Shown piece by piece: positions 38,401 to 52,585 of a DNA stretch of 64,000 nt. Made by a program: the position numbers and the translations under genes. Origin of the DNA: Tubiluchus corallicola (lineage: Eukaryota; Animalia; Priapulida). How positions within the stretch are numbered: position 1 is the stretch's first letter; each line of letters opens with the position of its first letter. The notes beneath the pieces were generated by a model that saw only the letters and a list, made by a program, of their open reading frames with translations, was not told the origin of the DNA and searched no databases. The stretch is from positions 62,001-126,000 of the forward strand of contig JAQGDQ010000463.1 of assembly GCA_030141605.1 (NCBI GenBank), in the 5' to 3' direction.

Positions 38401-39275
38401 GCTCCCACGTTGGTTAGCGGATATGCACAGCAGAGGTTTCTGTGCTACGGTATATTGAGTTCGCTGACAGCTTGTCGACCTGCCTGGCTCCTCCGTACTA
38501 GTTCTCATTTCGTTTTTCTCTAAGGTTTTGTTTATTGAATTCACTTTGTCTTTTAATTGCCGTAGTTCATAACTTAGTACGTTAATATCTAATTGTTGCG
38601 GAGCTATAATTGGTAGCCGTGCAATTTTTGCTGCAACAAAAGTCGCTAATTCATCTTGTACATTCTGATCAATAAACTCATATAACTTTAAAATATCTTC
38701 CACTTCTAATTTACATTTACTTTCACCTTATCTCCGAGATATTTTTCTGGGAATTTTTTCTTTCATTTCTTCTGAAATCTGTGCAGCCGTAAGGGCATAA
38801 CTATACAGCATGCTTTTCGCTTGTTCTATTTCTTCCTCTTGGTAAAAGTCTAATATGCAAGCCTTTATGCTTTCTACTGGATCTCTGCCAAACTTGTTTT
38901 GGATAAAGCACAAACATTCATTGATAAATCACTTCACTTGCAACGGCAACGTTAGTTCCTTGACTGCTATTCATTGTGCACAAAGTTCTGGCACTCGAGT
39001 TAATCACCCGTGGGAATTAGCCACAAAACCTCGCCACAACTACCTGTCTTTGTTTGACTTAATATTAAATGTTATTTTCATTAATTAAGAAAAATCTGGC
39101 TCACCATAACGTTACTGATTGCATATGTAGAATCTGCATTCAATAATACACATCCCAGTATAAAATTTTTCAACTTTTATGCAAAATTTCACTAGTAATA
39201 TCTCTATTTTTCAAGAGCAATAATCAAGTTCTTCACCATCAGGTAACGCATGCGTACTCTTCCGCTGTCTGCTGT
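35460..39275 (-). mobile_element. Near full-length APE-RT non-LTR retrotransposon (ORF1 + ORF2), frameshifted, 3' end missing
   Basis: ORF1 CFIQNK...DFYQEEEIEQAK. APE NMHG, CQEHWL, GRPYGGVA, AGDFN, YIDH, NLSDHLPI. RT LQFGFK, FLDASKAFD, GVRQGGVLSP, MYADD. Clade not determined. Confidence 0.92.
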
Positions 39276-39292
39276 TATTAATTTATGGTCCC

Positions 39293-39560
39293 TCATAAAC
39301 AGTTTAAAAGTATTACATGCATTGAAAGCTTGGTTAGAAATAAAGATATATTTCGTTTTTCATAGTTTATTGTTAACTTATTAGCCCTCATCCATGTATC
39401 TATCTTGTCTAGTTTGTTGTTAGTCTTGAGTTGCAGCTGAATGAGATTACCACAATGTAAGACTAGGTTTGTATCATCTGCAAATAACCAGACTTGGAAA
39501 TCTGAACAGTATGCCAAATCACTGATGCAAATTAAGAAAAAAGGGGGACCTAATGTAGAA
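39293..39560 (-). mobile_element. RT core fragment of a CR1/L2-type LINE (probably the upstream part of the 32761-35460 element)
   Basis: LGPP.FLICISDL...LFADDTNL...WMRANKLTIN. Confidence 0.8.
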
Positions 39561-40999
39561 CATGGGGGGGGGGAACTCTAGAGAATAGAACAGTTAAGCT
39601 TATTTTGTATTCAGAATTTCACATCAATTTCATTTGGGGATGCCACTGCCAACTGGCCCACCTTGACCACTCCCGTTTTGGCATGTGCTATACGTGGGTT
39701 CTCCAATCATCAACTACAACAACAACAACATCACCACCACCAACACCATCATTAGCAATAATAACAACACAAACAACAATGTCAGTGACCCAATAAGGAA
39801 GTGAGATAGAAGGGACTGGACAGCTGAATGAATGCAGTATGCAATATTAGTCCGACTTAGTAAATGGATGGATGACCACAAGCAAAACTTTGTAGGGAGT
39901 TTCACAGACCTGTTATTTTGTCTCCAAGACAGATCTGCCAGTTCAATGCAGGGACAACTATCTTTGATAATGTGATATGTGGGATCTGATATTTGTGGTA
40001 GTTTGCAGCTGAGTACTGTGTTCTGCATTGTAGGGTGCTGGAATGCATAGAAAACATTGGCTGGCAGCAATGGGAACACCGAAAATAGCAGCAGCAAATA
40101 CTAGTTTCTTTTATTCATGCCATATAAAACAAAACTTACTATTAATGTCCAAATTAGTAACCTATCAGCCTTGAGTGAACAACAAAAAATGTTCTACGGC
40201 AAAAAAATGATATATTGATGATGGCGCATCATTCATTTTTCATCTTTTAACTTGTAAATATATGGGCGAACAATAAGATGATATTAAGATAGATAGACAG
40301 ATATAGTTTATTAGCACTAACATGAATGCCGAATAAAACGCCGAATAAAATTATACTTTTTACAGACCCAAGCAATTATTAATCAACTATTATAGCACGT
40401 ATATATCTACATACCACGTTGATAAAGTTAGATGACCAATAAAAGCAATCTGAAAAGAAAAAAAAGAAATCTAATGATTACTTCTATCGTGAATATTTTT
40501 GATCAATTATGCAGCTACTGGATAGATTTATACATTCTACTTAATGCAGATCATTCAGAGCAGAAAATGAAGAAGCTATGAAGTTTGTCTAATAGTTTAC
40601 TTGTACACATTTATAAACCTAGCTACAAGGACGACCAAATACTTGGCCGCAAACCTGTTGTCTGATTACAGTGTAACATTACCCTTTCTGCATCTATAAA
40701 TAAAATACATGGTACTTTCTTGAACTCCTATGCCAGATGAAACAGACATATTGAAGTAAAAGATGAGTGGTCATGGTACATGCTTACTTACTGATTGAAG
40801 TTAAATACACACTGAAACTCTGAAACCAGTAAAGAGCGCAGAAATGCAGGAAATTTCAAGTTCACAATTTTGAATTTCCAGTTTATGGGCAACATGTGGA
40901 TTTCACAAACTGCTCTGATGACATGACTGGATTGGAGCAACCCCGAATTTTGCTAATCTGGTACACCTCCATTTTTTACCCACCTTTGTTTTAAGAATC

Positions 41000-42172
41000 A
41001 GACGAGTTAAGGACGTATGGCTGTATAGGCTGTATGCCAGGTGTACTGGTCACTTATTATGTGTGTTTCGTTATATTTGACAATATTAATTATAATATTT
41101 GGTGTAGCAGTTTAATAATTGATAATGATATGTGTGCAAAAAGAGGAAAATGTAATTCTGAACATGATAGGACTACTAGTTTTGACCAAAAAACTAAAAA
41201 TATAAAAAAAATCTTGTTATATTTCTACAAACGTAGACAGTGAAATTAGTTTGAAGATGAACGCTTGTATGTATATACGCATATGCATATGCACAGTAAA
41301 TTCTGTGACTTGCATATGGTTGATATATTGTTGAGGGAATAAGAAGCTTCTTTAGTCCATGTCCATGTGGGTTCAAACACAGACACACGAACAACAATTT
41401 TTTTCCATCTTAGAGATATGCCAAAAAAGTAAAGAAATTTTTGCTTATTAATAAAGAGACAAAACAAACTTAAAGTATCAAACAAAAGTTAGCAGCTACA
41501 CTGAATGTCCTTCACAAGTCACAGTGAGGCCAGCAAATCTATCTGAAGAAAATCGAAAACTGCAGTTGGCAATCCATCTCAGAAAAAAACCAACAACTTC
41601 TGTATTGCCTGCCAACGTTATCTACATTAAAAAGATTGTTGCAACTTGTGGCATAGTACAAAGCATGTTTGATAATGGATAGTATGATAAATGTTCCTAG
41701 CTGGCATGAAATTCAATTGTAAAGATCTATAATACCTTTGCAAAGGATTTATTGTGTGAACACACTTTCGAATCTACAAAAACATTCTACAAAAGCATAG
41801 CAGCGTCATCAACATAATAGACCACGATAGATTTTTTTTTTGTAAATTTGTAGTACTTGTTCTATGGTAAAAAATAGCTGCTGAATTCATTTCTGTTGTG
41901 AATTGTGATCTGAAATTCAGCAATAGGCTAAATCTGATTTTCTTTATTCGAACTAGTGCAATATTTATTCTTTTCTGTTTTTGTATTGAAACGTAACCAA
42001 CTACCACTTCTGCATGTCATAATTTCTGTAAAATATTTTTCTATATTTTAAAAAAGCAATGAAAATGGTACAAAATATCGATTACACAATATGTTTTCAT
42101 CTTTTAGTTTCCATGTTATGGCCATTTGAAAATGGGGTGGTACGAATATGCACAAAATGGTGCAAGAGAGGG
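41000..42172 (+). mobile_element. piggyBac-like transposase remnant and right terminus
   Basis: C-terminal Cys-rich KTNNFCIACQRYLH.KDCCNLWH (about 41590-41655); the end ...GAGAGGG is followed by TTAA (42173-42176). Confidence 0.45.
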
Positions 42173-44489
42173 TTAATAAACTCATTGCTTTCACTTCAGT
42201 GTCGCTTAATATTAACTTCACATTTATAAAGCCCAGCAATTAGCAAGTGCCTGTAGTGTACAAAAACTATTGATACCATAGGACCCTATTTTGCATAATA
42301 TTTCATTGCATTAATTCAATTATAAATTATTGCTTACATATTCCACCCTTTTCAGTTATTTTAATTGCAGTTTACATTTAGAGGTTATAAATTCATTGTT
42401 TTAAATTGTTTGAGAATTACATTACTTAATACAGCCTGAATTTTATAAATTTGTTCTTGTTTACTGTGTAATCGGACATAGATAACTGTATAATTTGTAA
42501 GGAAAGTTTAGTCTCGTAAACAGGGAAGTAAAGTAAGTAAACAGGGAAGAGATGACATTAATCGAGCAAATGTGTTACGAGGAAGTAATATGTAACTCAA
42601 GAAGATCAGCAAGTAAATACTGAATGTTTCCCTCGAGCAAAAAAAGAACATTGTAGTAGAGGAAAAATCTTAATGTTCTGTGACACTTTCACGTAAACAC
42701 TTTCTCCCATCTTTTATTCACCAACTATCTTGTAGGGACGATGGAAGAGCACCTGAATCCATAAAGTTCAACAGGATGAAGACTTGACAGTTGACTCTGG
42801 TCACCTTCATGACCTTCATGTTGTGAGAGTCACCACAGGTGGTATTCTTAAGGCAAATTTCTTTCTACATGCACTGACAAACCTCAAAAACTCTTACAAG
42901 GCCACAAAGACAATTCACCAAGAGACTATTACAGGACGAGCAAGGGGTACAGGATCCCGATACATACATGAGTAAATTTGAGCACGACCTTTCGGGCAAA
43001 ACGAGGCAAACAGTGAGATCTCTTCAGTCAGGTATGATGGCATCCGATCAACTTTTCATGATTTTGACACTGCGCACAAGGATGAGTCTCTAGCCCAGTT
43101 ATTTTTTAAGGAGAGGATGTTCCCAAAGGTGAAGAACTGTAATTTGCAGAAACTCACGTTACAGCTTTAGCAAGCCATTCATTTCCAATGACTTGTTAAG
43201 TGTTAATAATTTGTTAAGTGATGTAGATTTACACAAAATGTCAAGTGAGCATGGGTACGTTTTTTCCAAAGAAACTATTTGGTTAATACGATATTTGTAT
43301 CCATTAAAAAAACTTTGAAATTGGGGTACTGATTTTTAGAAAAATGTTACTTTTAATAAAAACATGGTGACCACATTTTCTGATGTTAAAAACTATTGCT
43401 TATTGCTTAGTTACAGTACAAACCCCCTTTCTCGGCAATGGTGGTCACATTTTTCAATGGCGATCACATTTATTGATGATCTTAGAAATACTACCATTAT
43501 GCTCTTTGGCCTGAAAAACTTGGGCATTTTTTAACGGTCATATCAAGTAAAGATTTATGCAGAAAAAAACAAGACATCATCATGAACTCGCATAACAATT
43601 AGAGATAGTTGTGCAAAAATGTAACTTTGATTGCATGAAAATGTTGAAAATCGAAATATGCGTGTTGATCGTTGGCTGAAATGCTCTGCAGAAGGTTAAC
43701 CTGGAGAAAACAGTGAGGCCAACTAGCACAGAAACTTTTTTCAAATTTGACTAAAAGAATTGCCAAAGAATTTGTGCCAATAAACAGTTTGTTTATTGCA
43801 CGTGAATTTGTACCAGTTGCTTCTCAGCCTGTGAACGTGAATGAACATTTTTAATGACACTGATGGCACTTTTTAAACGGCTGAAACTGGAAGGTCAGAT
43901 AGAGCAATAGCATCACAGATTTGTAACAAGAATAAACTAAAAACTTACCTTCAATGGGGTAACTCGCAAATTATCCATTTTCGAGTCTCTTAATTCTGTT
44001 CCAATCTTATTTTAGGAAAGGTCATGTAACCAAACTGTTTCAGCCTAACAAATGAAAAATTCTTGCAGCAAATTAAACAGCAGCATAAGCATATGCAGCT
44101 GATAATGCAGGTACATCTGGTGTAAAAGAAATATTTTAAGATGTGTACAGTTCCCAAAAAAATGTTTCCCACACAAAAATGTATATTTGGTAAAACTGGT
44201 GACGTCTAAATATTATCTAAACATTTACACTTACAATACAAGATAAAAATGGATCATTATACTGCACAAGTATGCATTTTTCCAGTTTTGTACAGTAGAA
44301 AACCTTAACACAAACGTAATATAAATATAATACCCATGTAAGAGTCATATACTTTCATATTTTTCAAAGTAGGTTAAGTGCCAGTGAGTCACTTAAGGAA
44401 ATTTGTACTTTTCCATTTTCCAAATGCAAACCTACAGGAAAATACTTTTGCCTAGGGCATCAAACTACCATGAGCCGACCCTGACCACA

Positions 44490-45005
44490 TACATAATTTA
44501 CACTCTCTGCCTCCCAATGGCAAAAGTGACCATGTCATGCTGAAGTTTTACTTTGCAGTACGATTGTCAGCGGTAAGACTACTATGGAGTGGACTATATG
44601 CTTATTTCACATCCACTACCTGAAATGAGCTGGACTTCCTTATTTGAGAACAAATCGGCAGCAGAATGTTGTTATGAACTGGAGAATATCACCCAGAATT
44701 TTACCACAATGCATGTACTCAAAAAGCAGTGTCATTAAAATAAAGATAAAATCTACATGGGTGATGCAAGAAGTTTTATGCAAAATCAACAAAAAACATT
44801 GTGGAACAGGTTCCGATGTAGTAATTTTGAAGAATATTATGAACAGTATTGTGCAGTGCAAAACGAAGTAACTGCTACCGTAAAGACTTTCAAAACAAAG
44901 TTTTGAGAGGACTATGGCAGAAATAACATCAAATGTAGAAAGTGTTTCAGCTTTACTCAAACCTAATGGCAGCCTAGCAATCTCAGATGAAGATAAAGTT
45001 CAGAT
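44490..45005 (+). mobile_element. CR1-type LINE fragment (end of endonuclease and linker)
   Basis: PPNGKSDHVMLKF and VSALLKPNGSLAISDEDK. Confidence 0.5.
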
Positions 45006-45279
45006 CTAGGTATGCGTCAAAGGCACATTTTCATCAGCTGAACCGAAGCCGATTCCTTTTATGCTTGGGTGCCACTGAGCCGAAGGTTAACAGAATGATC
45101 GGCTGTGCTTCCAAACCGAACAGTCATTGTATCTGACTGTCCACAGAGAACTTTTCATTAGCCAAAGGGCAAGGCAGTGGCGTAGCTAAGGGGGAGAGGG
45201 CAGCCTTTTCCTGAGGGTGGCATCATGTGCAAGGAAAAACTTGATTCTTTCAGAACAGCTGAAAAGCAAAACACATGAC

Positions 45280-47878
45280 TGTAGTAGTCTTAGAGTGTGA
45301 TTTGCCCCCATGCATTGATATAGAAGAGGAGTCAGTAATAAATGTGAAAAGCAGTTAGCTGTTTAGCTTCACATTTTATTGTGAATAAGACTTATTAAAA
45401 CGGCGACGAGAAGAAAAATTTGATGCCACGAGCTGTATGAAGATTCCAGGAAGTTTCCTCAATGGTAAAATGATGATTAAATCCCAGCAAAAGCTGAAAT
45501 CCCAGTCAATAATAAGTTGACAACATTGATCGATGCTAATCTTCCCTAGTTCAGCCTTCACCACACATGCCAGCAGCCATGTGACTGAGTTTTGCAAACA
45601 GTAGTTCATACGACATACGAGACTCATAAGAGGTTTAACGATAGGATCAGAACGGCATAACAACTAACTGATATTAGTCATTGGACACACTGGAAAAGAG
45701 GCTTCAAACTTCATTTACGTGTACGAAATATTACAGATGAGAGACAAATGTAGCAAAGACACTGTTTGCTTATGGTCATAAACCAGTACAAACTACAGGC
45801 ATAATAAAGACTACTGCAACATGCACACAGAATGACAAACAGTCTACAGAGGAATTTACTGAGGTGGACCAATATTAGGCCAAAGTCGGAGGAAATGGCC
45901 TGTACGGTAGATACTCCATATGACATCTTCAAGAAGTTTCCAGAAATGTTTAGCGGTTAGGTTGACAAACTTAAAGATTTTCAACTTAAACTGTATATGT
46001 GTCCAGAAACCTGACACCTGTAGAAAAAAGATATTCACCGAAGCCTTGGCTTGTATGTTTTTGGTATAAAATTTGAGCAAGAAATGGATCATAAATCTGT
46101 AGAGTACATTTTCAATAAGAAAAGATCAAAAATGTCTGCAAGAATTGAAAGACGGGTTCTTTGTATGCAGGGATATGATTACAATGCAGTATACAGACTA
46201 GGGAAGACAAACATGGCTGATTTAACCAGATTTAACTAGGAACATCTGAAGGATAATAGTGATCACAAACTAGACATTGTGATGCCATAGCTGAAGTGTA
46301 CACTTCCAAGGCAACGGCAACAGATGAGATTGACTACGAATCAGCAGAAGATGATGAATCCGCAATATTTGTGCGTAAAAGATGAACTGTGTACATTTGG
46401 CATCATAGTGTTACGAGGAAATCGAATGGCGCTATCGAAAAGTTTGACGAGAGAAACTCTGCAATTACCACATGAGGGCAATCAAGGTGTCGCTAAGACG
46501 AAGTTGAGACTAAGAATAAAAGTCTGGTGGCCAAAAATGGATCGCCAGAGAGAGTCTGTTGAAATCATGCCATGAATGTCAGGTAGTGTCAGATTATAGC
46601 CCACTGGAACCAATGCAATGTACTGTTTAATCCCCAATGGACCATGGCAATACTTAGCAGCAATATTACATGGGCTCTACCTAGGTCAAATAAGCATATT
46701 TTAGTAGGTTAGGTCTATTTCAGTAGGTATTATGAAACTGCAGTTCAGAAAAGTATTACCAGAGCAAAGCTAATATGTGCACTACGAGGAATGTTTGCTA
46801 AATTCAGTTTGCCATTTTGTTTAAAAACTGACAATGTCGCAATGTTTCTAAGTGCTGAATTCAAGAATTATTTGAAAGAACAAGGAACTGAACATGTTAC
46901 CTCACCCCCTCTATGGCCTAGAGCAAATGGGGAGGTAGAAATACAGAATAAGTCACTTGTAAAGACTCTGAAGATAGCTAGAATTGAAGCACACAATGTA
47001 AGAGAAGCATTGGATACGTACCTTTTAGCATACAGAAGCTGCTGCATATATAGACAGGAAAAACGCCAGCATACTTAATGTTTGGACGAGAAATTAGAAC
47101 AGAGATTAGCAAAAGAAATTTGAAGGAAAATTAGAAGGAGATACATGAATGAATGCAAGTGAGCGAAGTGAAGCCAGGAAAACTAGATATAGATATAGCC
47201 AAAAATTGAATAGGGAATCACTACATTCCAAGGCCTAGAGATGTGCAAGTTGTAGCTAGAGATGACAAAGAAGTAACAGCTCAAGCAGGAGATACCGAGC
47301 TAAACTTAAAGTAAATATTTTTAAGTTTAAATGTTTGAGCTCATTTTCAGTTTATACAGCTGCACATACAATTGATTCCATTTAACTGTGTTGAAAGCAC
47401 AATCTTGTAACATGTACTTTAATGTTTAAATTCAATTCTGAGAATAATTGAACTGAAATCTGAAGCTGTATTAGAAATGGAAAATTCAATTTTGGAATTT
47501 AATGTTAACATTGTTCGTCGATAACATTTATAGCCATTTTCTTTTTTAGCTAAGGTTCGAAATAATTCAACTCGAGTTCAAGATACTTGGATTATGTTGC
47601 ATATATGTATATGCAGTCTTAGTAAAGGTTTTGCAAACCTCGGTTAATTTGATTATATGCAGTATTAGATTACTGTTACAGTTAAATGTTAATTTGAAGT
47701 TACACAAACATTTTGAAAAGTTGGTAACTGTGATTTGAAAAGGGGAAGAGATGTAGTACGTTACAGTGTGATTTACCCTGCACATTGATATAGAAGAGGA
47801 GTCATTAATAAATGGCGTGAAAAGCAGTTGATTGTTTAGCTTTATATTTTATTGTGAATAAGGCTCATTAAAATAACA
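45280..47878 (+). mobile_element. Internally deleted Ty3/Gypsy (Mag-like) LTR retrotransposon with both LTRs
   Basis: LTRs at 45280-45400 and 47752-47878 (TGTAGTA...ATAACA). PBS-like CGGCGACGAG at 45401. PPT AAAAGGGGAAGAGA before the 3' LTR. RNase H end DHK...SARIERR; integrase HEGNQG...VWWP and TDN...PRANGEVE. Confidence 0.9.
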
Positions 47879-48469
47879 ATTTTCCACAAAAATGTTGCTT
47901 ACAAGACTTCACAGATGATAATTTGTAATTTAATATCGTTGTAATATCTGTAGCATAGTTTGTCTTTGCTTTCAGTGTCTGCACAGTACACATTTTGAGT
48001 TGTAGAATACATTTATAATCATGCAAGCTTATCATACATTATTTACATAAAATTTTGCATGCTCTTTAACGATGTATTTGTCGCTGGCATTTGGTTTAAT
48101 AACACTGATGTCATTATAATTATGCATAATAGCCATTGTGATTCAGTGACTTCTTGGCACACCAATGTAGTTTAAGAGTTTTTGAACACCTTAGTTTGTT
48201 GCAGCATAACGGTTCTAATTCTCAATGCCTTCCTTATGTAATAAATCGACTTATTACTATTGCAAACAGTTTCTTAGAGAATAGGTAGTGGAATTTCAGT
48301 TAGCACCGTAGAAGTTTGCAAGTCAATGGACTGGGTGGGATATGTCAAGCTGCCTATAGGCAGTGCTGCAGTACTGAAACCACATTATTGCTACATCAGA
48401 TGATAACCTAATAATACACAAAATGGTATATATGGACAAGTATATATATATTTTCTGTATATATGTACA

Positions 48470-49180
48470 AACGGCTGATTGTTTGTTTAGTCCTACTTAA
48501 TATTATTTTGGCATTTGATACCACTGAGCGTGATACCTTGTTGATGCGACTTGAAAAACATGTTACGTTGAAAATCGCACACAAAGTAAGCACATTAATA
48601 AAGTTACATCTTCAAAAACTGGTGACCAATTTGAAGTCACAAAGGGCTTGGTGCTTGGCCCAGTTTTATGTACTATATATACATGTACTCTCTGCTGGTG
48701 ATATAATTCACAGGTATGGACTAGATGATCATTTCTAAGCAGACAATTCCCAAATTTACATATCTTCTAAATTTGATTTTGTGTAACTGAGCAGAATGCT
48801 AAATTAGCTATAGAAGCTTGTCTCCAAAATTAAATCCTGGATGGTGCAAAATTTTTTGGCCTTAATTTTCTCTAAGACTAAGATAATATAATTTGGTACT
48901 TCAAATCAATTAAAGAAAATTTCAAATTCAATGATTTTATTCGATGTACTGTTGCACCTAGTGCATTTGTGAAAAATCTTGTATGTTTTTTGACTGTAAT
49001 ATGACACATCAAAAACATACTAATTACACCTGTACTGCTGCCTTTGTTCAGCTTAAGGATATTGAATTGAATTAAAAATTGAATTGATATTGGTAAAGTG
49101 TGACACTTACTTGACAAATCAACTTCGGAACAACACATTCATGCATTTGAGACAAGTTGACTGTCGCAACTCTTTTCTTT
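48470..49180 (+). mobile_element. L2/CR1 reverse transcriptase fragment
   Basis: LVLLNIILAFDTT..LLMRL, followed by degenerate QG..LGP and ADNSQIY motifs. Confidence 0.7.
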
Positions 49181-49301
49181 TTCAAGTAATTATGACTGTG
49201 ATTTCCAGAATTATTTTTATAAACCATTGCATTTTATTTTACCAAATATTACCCATAGTGGGTAATGAGCTGAAGAAAGAAAAGAGGGGTTGAAAAATTG
49301 T

Positions 49302-49370
49302 GGACTAGTTGGGATTTGAACCCAAGACCTATGATTAGTACTCTCAAGCTCTACCAGCTGTGCTAAGGAT
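49302..49370 (-). mobile_element. tRNA-like SINE head or tRNA pseudogene
   Basis: A-box TAGCACAGCTGGTAGAGC and T-arm TTGGG-TTCAAAT-CCCAA; the acceptor and anticodon stems do not pair. Confidence 0.65.
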
Positions 49371-50316
49371 GTCACCCATGTGACGCACCATGTGAAAACA
49401 CGGCATAGAAAAAAGTAAAAAAAAGACTTTCGTGTGAGATATGAACAAACATTTGAGAAATATAAAGTGACTCATATAAAGGAATCTAGACTAAGGTTTA
49501 TAGAGTATGTGTGGCAAGAAACCTGCAATGAATATAACAGGGGCTTTAGAAAAAAAATTAGTAGTTTTAATTCCTTATTTTTTTGTAAATAGCTACGTAC
49601 AAGTTATACAGTTATTCAGGGAAAACCCCTTTATGGTGCATGTAAGACACAGCTATGGCCTGCCAATTGTTTTCAATAAATAGATAAAATAATAAATAAT
49701 TGAATAAGCAGCCGGATTGAAAGAATGGACAAATGAATGAATGTACAGTTGTTTTTTATTTATTTTATAATTGCACGTTTTTATGCCAGACAAGTATTAT
49801 TTTTTGAGTAAATATAATACAGTTATGTTTTAACTGTTGCGCAAAATGCACTTCTCCAAATGGGTAGCTTCACGTCTTTAACAAAACACAATATGGAAGT
49901 GCAGGTTTGCTGCATGTATCTCTGTCATTGTCATGTTGATGACTGCTTGGTTTGTAGTTTTATATGTTCAACATTCTAGCAAATCTTATTATCAGTAACT
50001 GTTTTAGTAATTGAGCTGGATGCCGTTAATTCGATACCATAACATATACTCACAGTTGCTGTCATAAAGACATTATGCTATTGTCGTTCTTATTTACTAG
50101 TCAGAAACTAAAGTAACAAATATTTAACAAAGGAAAAATATAAAAATTTATTAAATGTTATTTTCAAATGTACACATGTACATTTCATGACCATTTATAA
50201 GTAAACTTATGTATTGTTAAATAAACATGTAGTTAGGCACATATATACATACAAATACTGAATGGTTGATAAATAGTGACTAGCTGATGGAGTGAACGAC
50301 TTGCTGACTGCCAATA

Positions 50317-50942
50317 GACTGGCTTACTCCTTGAAAATGACTGTGTTATCATTTACAAATGACTTGCCAGCTAACTGACTTGGTAGGGGGAACGACACAC
50401 TGACTGGCTGACTAATCAAGTAAACATCTGACATTAGATCTCACATTTTGTTGTCTGACTGACTGACCGACTGACAAAATAACCACTCACTTTGACTTTG
50501 ACTAACTCACAGGCCAGTTTAGTTAGTAATGTGTTATAGTCAAACAGGGTTGCATTTAATCCGGCAGTTAGTCGATCAATTAGTTAGTTGGTCAGCAGTC
50601 AGTCAGTTAGCCAGTAAGTCAGTCAGTCAGTTAGTCTGCCAGTCAGTAGGTCAGTCAATCAATAAGTCAGTTGCTCAGTGAGTTTGAGTGAGTGAATCAG
50701 TCAGCCATTCAGTCAGTCAACAAGCCATTCAGCTAGTCAGTCAATTATTTGGTAAGTCAGTAAATAAGTGAGTAAGTTAGTCGGTAATTTAGTCAGTCAG
50801 TCAATAATTTAGTACATCAGTGAGTCAGCTAGTTAGTCAACCAAATACAAGTGCTAAGCACTAAGGACATTTAATCGATCAGTGAGTGAGTCAGTCGATG
50901 GGTCAGTTGCCGGCAAAGCCATTTTCAATGAGTAATCTAGTC
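50317..50942. repeat. Foldback element with inverted (GACT)n/(AGTC)n cryptic microsatellite arms
   Basis: Terminal inverted repeat GACTGGCTTACTCCTTGAAAATGACT / AGCCATTTTCAATGAGTAATCTAGTC (22/26); tetramer orientation switches at about 50520. Confidence 0.65.
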
Positions 50943-52585
50943 CAAATCGCTGCAATAGCTGTAAAAATCACAAAAATATAGGTGAAAATTTCAATCATTC
51001 CAATAAACTTATGAAGCCAACTAAAATCACCAAGAATTTGACATTCAATAACCATTTGATTCGTGTTGACATTCCCATTAAATTCTAGTATATTTTATTA
51101 AATAATGAGGGACCTTTGAAACACCTGATTTGGTACGTTTACAAGGTAATATGCAATTATTATCAAGTGGAAAACTTTTGGTTACATTATTATTATTGAA
51201 GCAATTGACTAAAAAGCACTTTTTAACACTGAACACAGTATTACAATAATATACTATCTACACCATTCTTTACACCTTGTAGAATCATGATCAAATGCTA
51301 TGTGTTACAGGCACTTGTAAAAACGTTAACTGCAATGCACCAGATTATCGTGCTAAACTTCATGCAAGCTTTTACAATAATATATGCAGTATCAGGCTAG
51401 CATACATAGTTTCAATAAATGCACAGAAAGCCTAACTGTAAAGGTCTTTACACAGACACATTCACTATCACAAAAAACAACATGTGCATAGCATATGTAG
51501 GCTTAGCTGGATAGTCACTTAGCAGTAAAAATACCTGTGTGGTTGCAAGAAAATGGTATCTTACAACAAACACAAAACAACATTTTTTCAGATACTTGTC
51601 AGTTAAACTTCAAATAGGTTAATTGGGTTAGTAAAACCAGACAACTTTTAGAGTATCGTTCAGGATCAAAATAGACACAATTTTTCTATAAAACTGCAAT
51701 TTCGCAAAGGACAATAATAATAGATTAAATTAGTAATTAGTATTGCTGCCTATAGGAGTTACACTCTCAAATTAGACTTGAAAGTCATCAGAAAACTGCA
51801 TTAACCAACAAAATGCCTAAGTCAGATATTATAAACCAATAAATCTCACACTGTTATTTGTAAATCTATTCAAGTAAAACACGGTTAAAGTACACATGTT
51901 AACCTAAGTACATAACTGATTGATAAATATCTTTTCTCAATGAGTTGTCAAAAAGTTTCCTTAGTGTTCCAAGTCGAACAGGGTAATCAGGCTGTCGGTG
52001 TTAGACTTGATGTTTCCTAGAGATCTAGTTCGCCTTCTGCAATGGCATTGTAACTCACTAGATGTGATTTTACAGAAAACATGTTCATCTGACTTTTAGC
52101 CCTCAATTTTGAATGCTTGGCCTCTCTCAAGTTGTCAAAATCGTCCTTACCTCATTCAAATATACAAGCTGCAAACTTGCTCATGAACAGCTTGTGTAAA
52201 AGGTGGCTTTCTGTACTACATGCCGAAGCAATGCGAAGCATTAAGTGCCAAACATCGAGGCTAATTTCAAGATCTTTCCATTCAGCAAAATGTTTCAAGA
52301 GTGGCAAAGGCCCTCCACCTGGCAAACAGCAGTCAAGATCAATGCATAGCAAGCGTGGTGGCTGTGCTTGTGCTGTGTTCATGACACTTCTCTACGTGTC
52401 AGGACTGACATCAAGATCTTGCCATGCTCAATGCCAACATTTGTCGACCACACTGACGTACCTGTAGCTGCACCAGCTAGCTTGCGGATAACCTGCAAAG
52501 AATCACAGAAATGAATGTCTATAATCAATAGCAAGATGCACATAAATTGTACACCATCTGAAACAGCAATATGCTTTTAGTAGCA

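Noticed and set aside
42680-43145. Possible LTR-retrotransposon 3' remnant
   Set aside because: Only a PPT-like purine run before TGTAA; no recognisable protein motif or LTR pair.
49302-49370. Functional tRNA gene
   Set aside because: The acceptor and anticodon stems do not pair; better explained as a SINE head or pseudogene.
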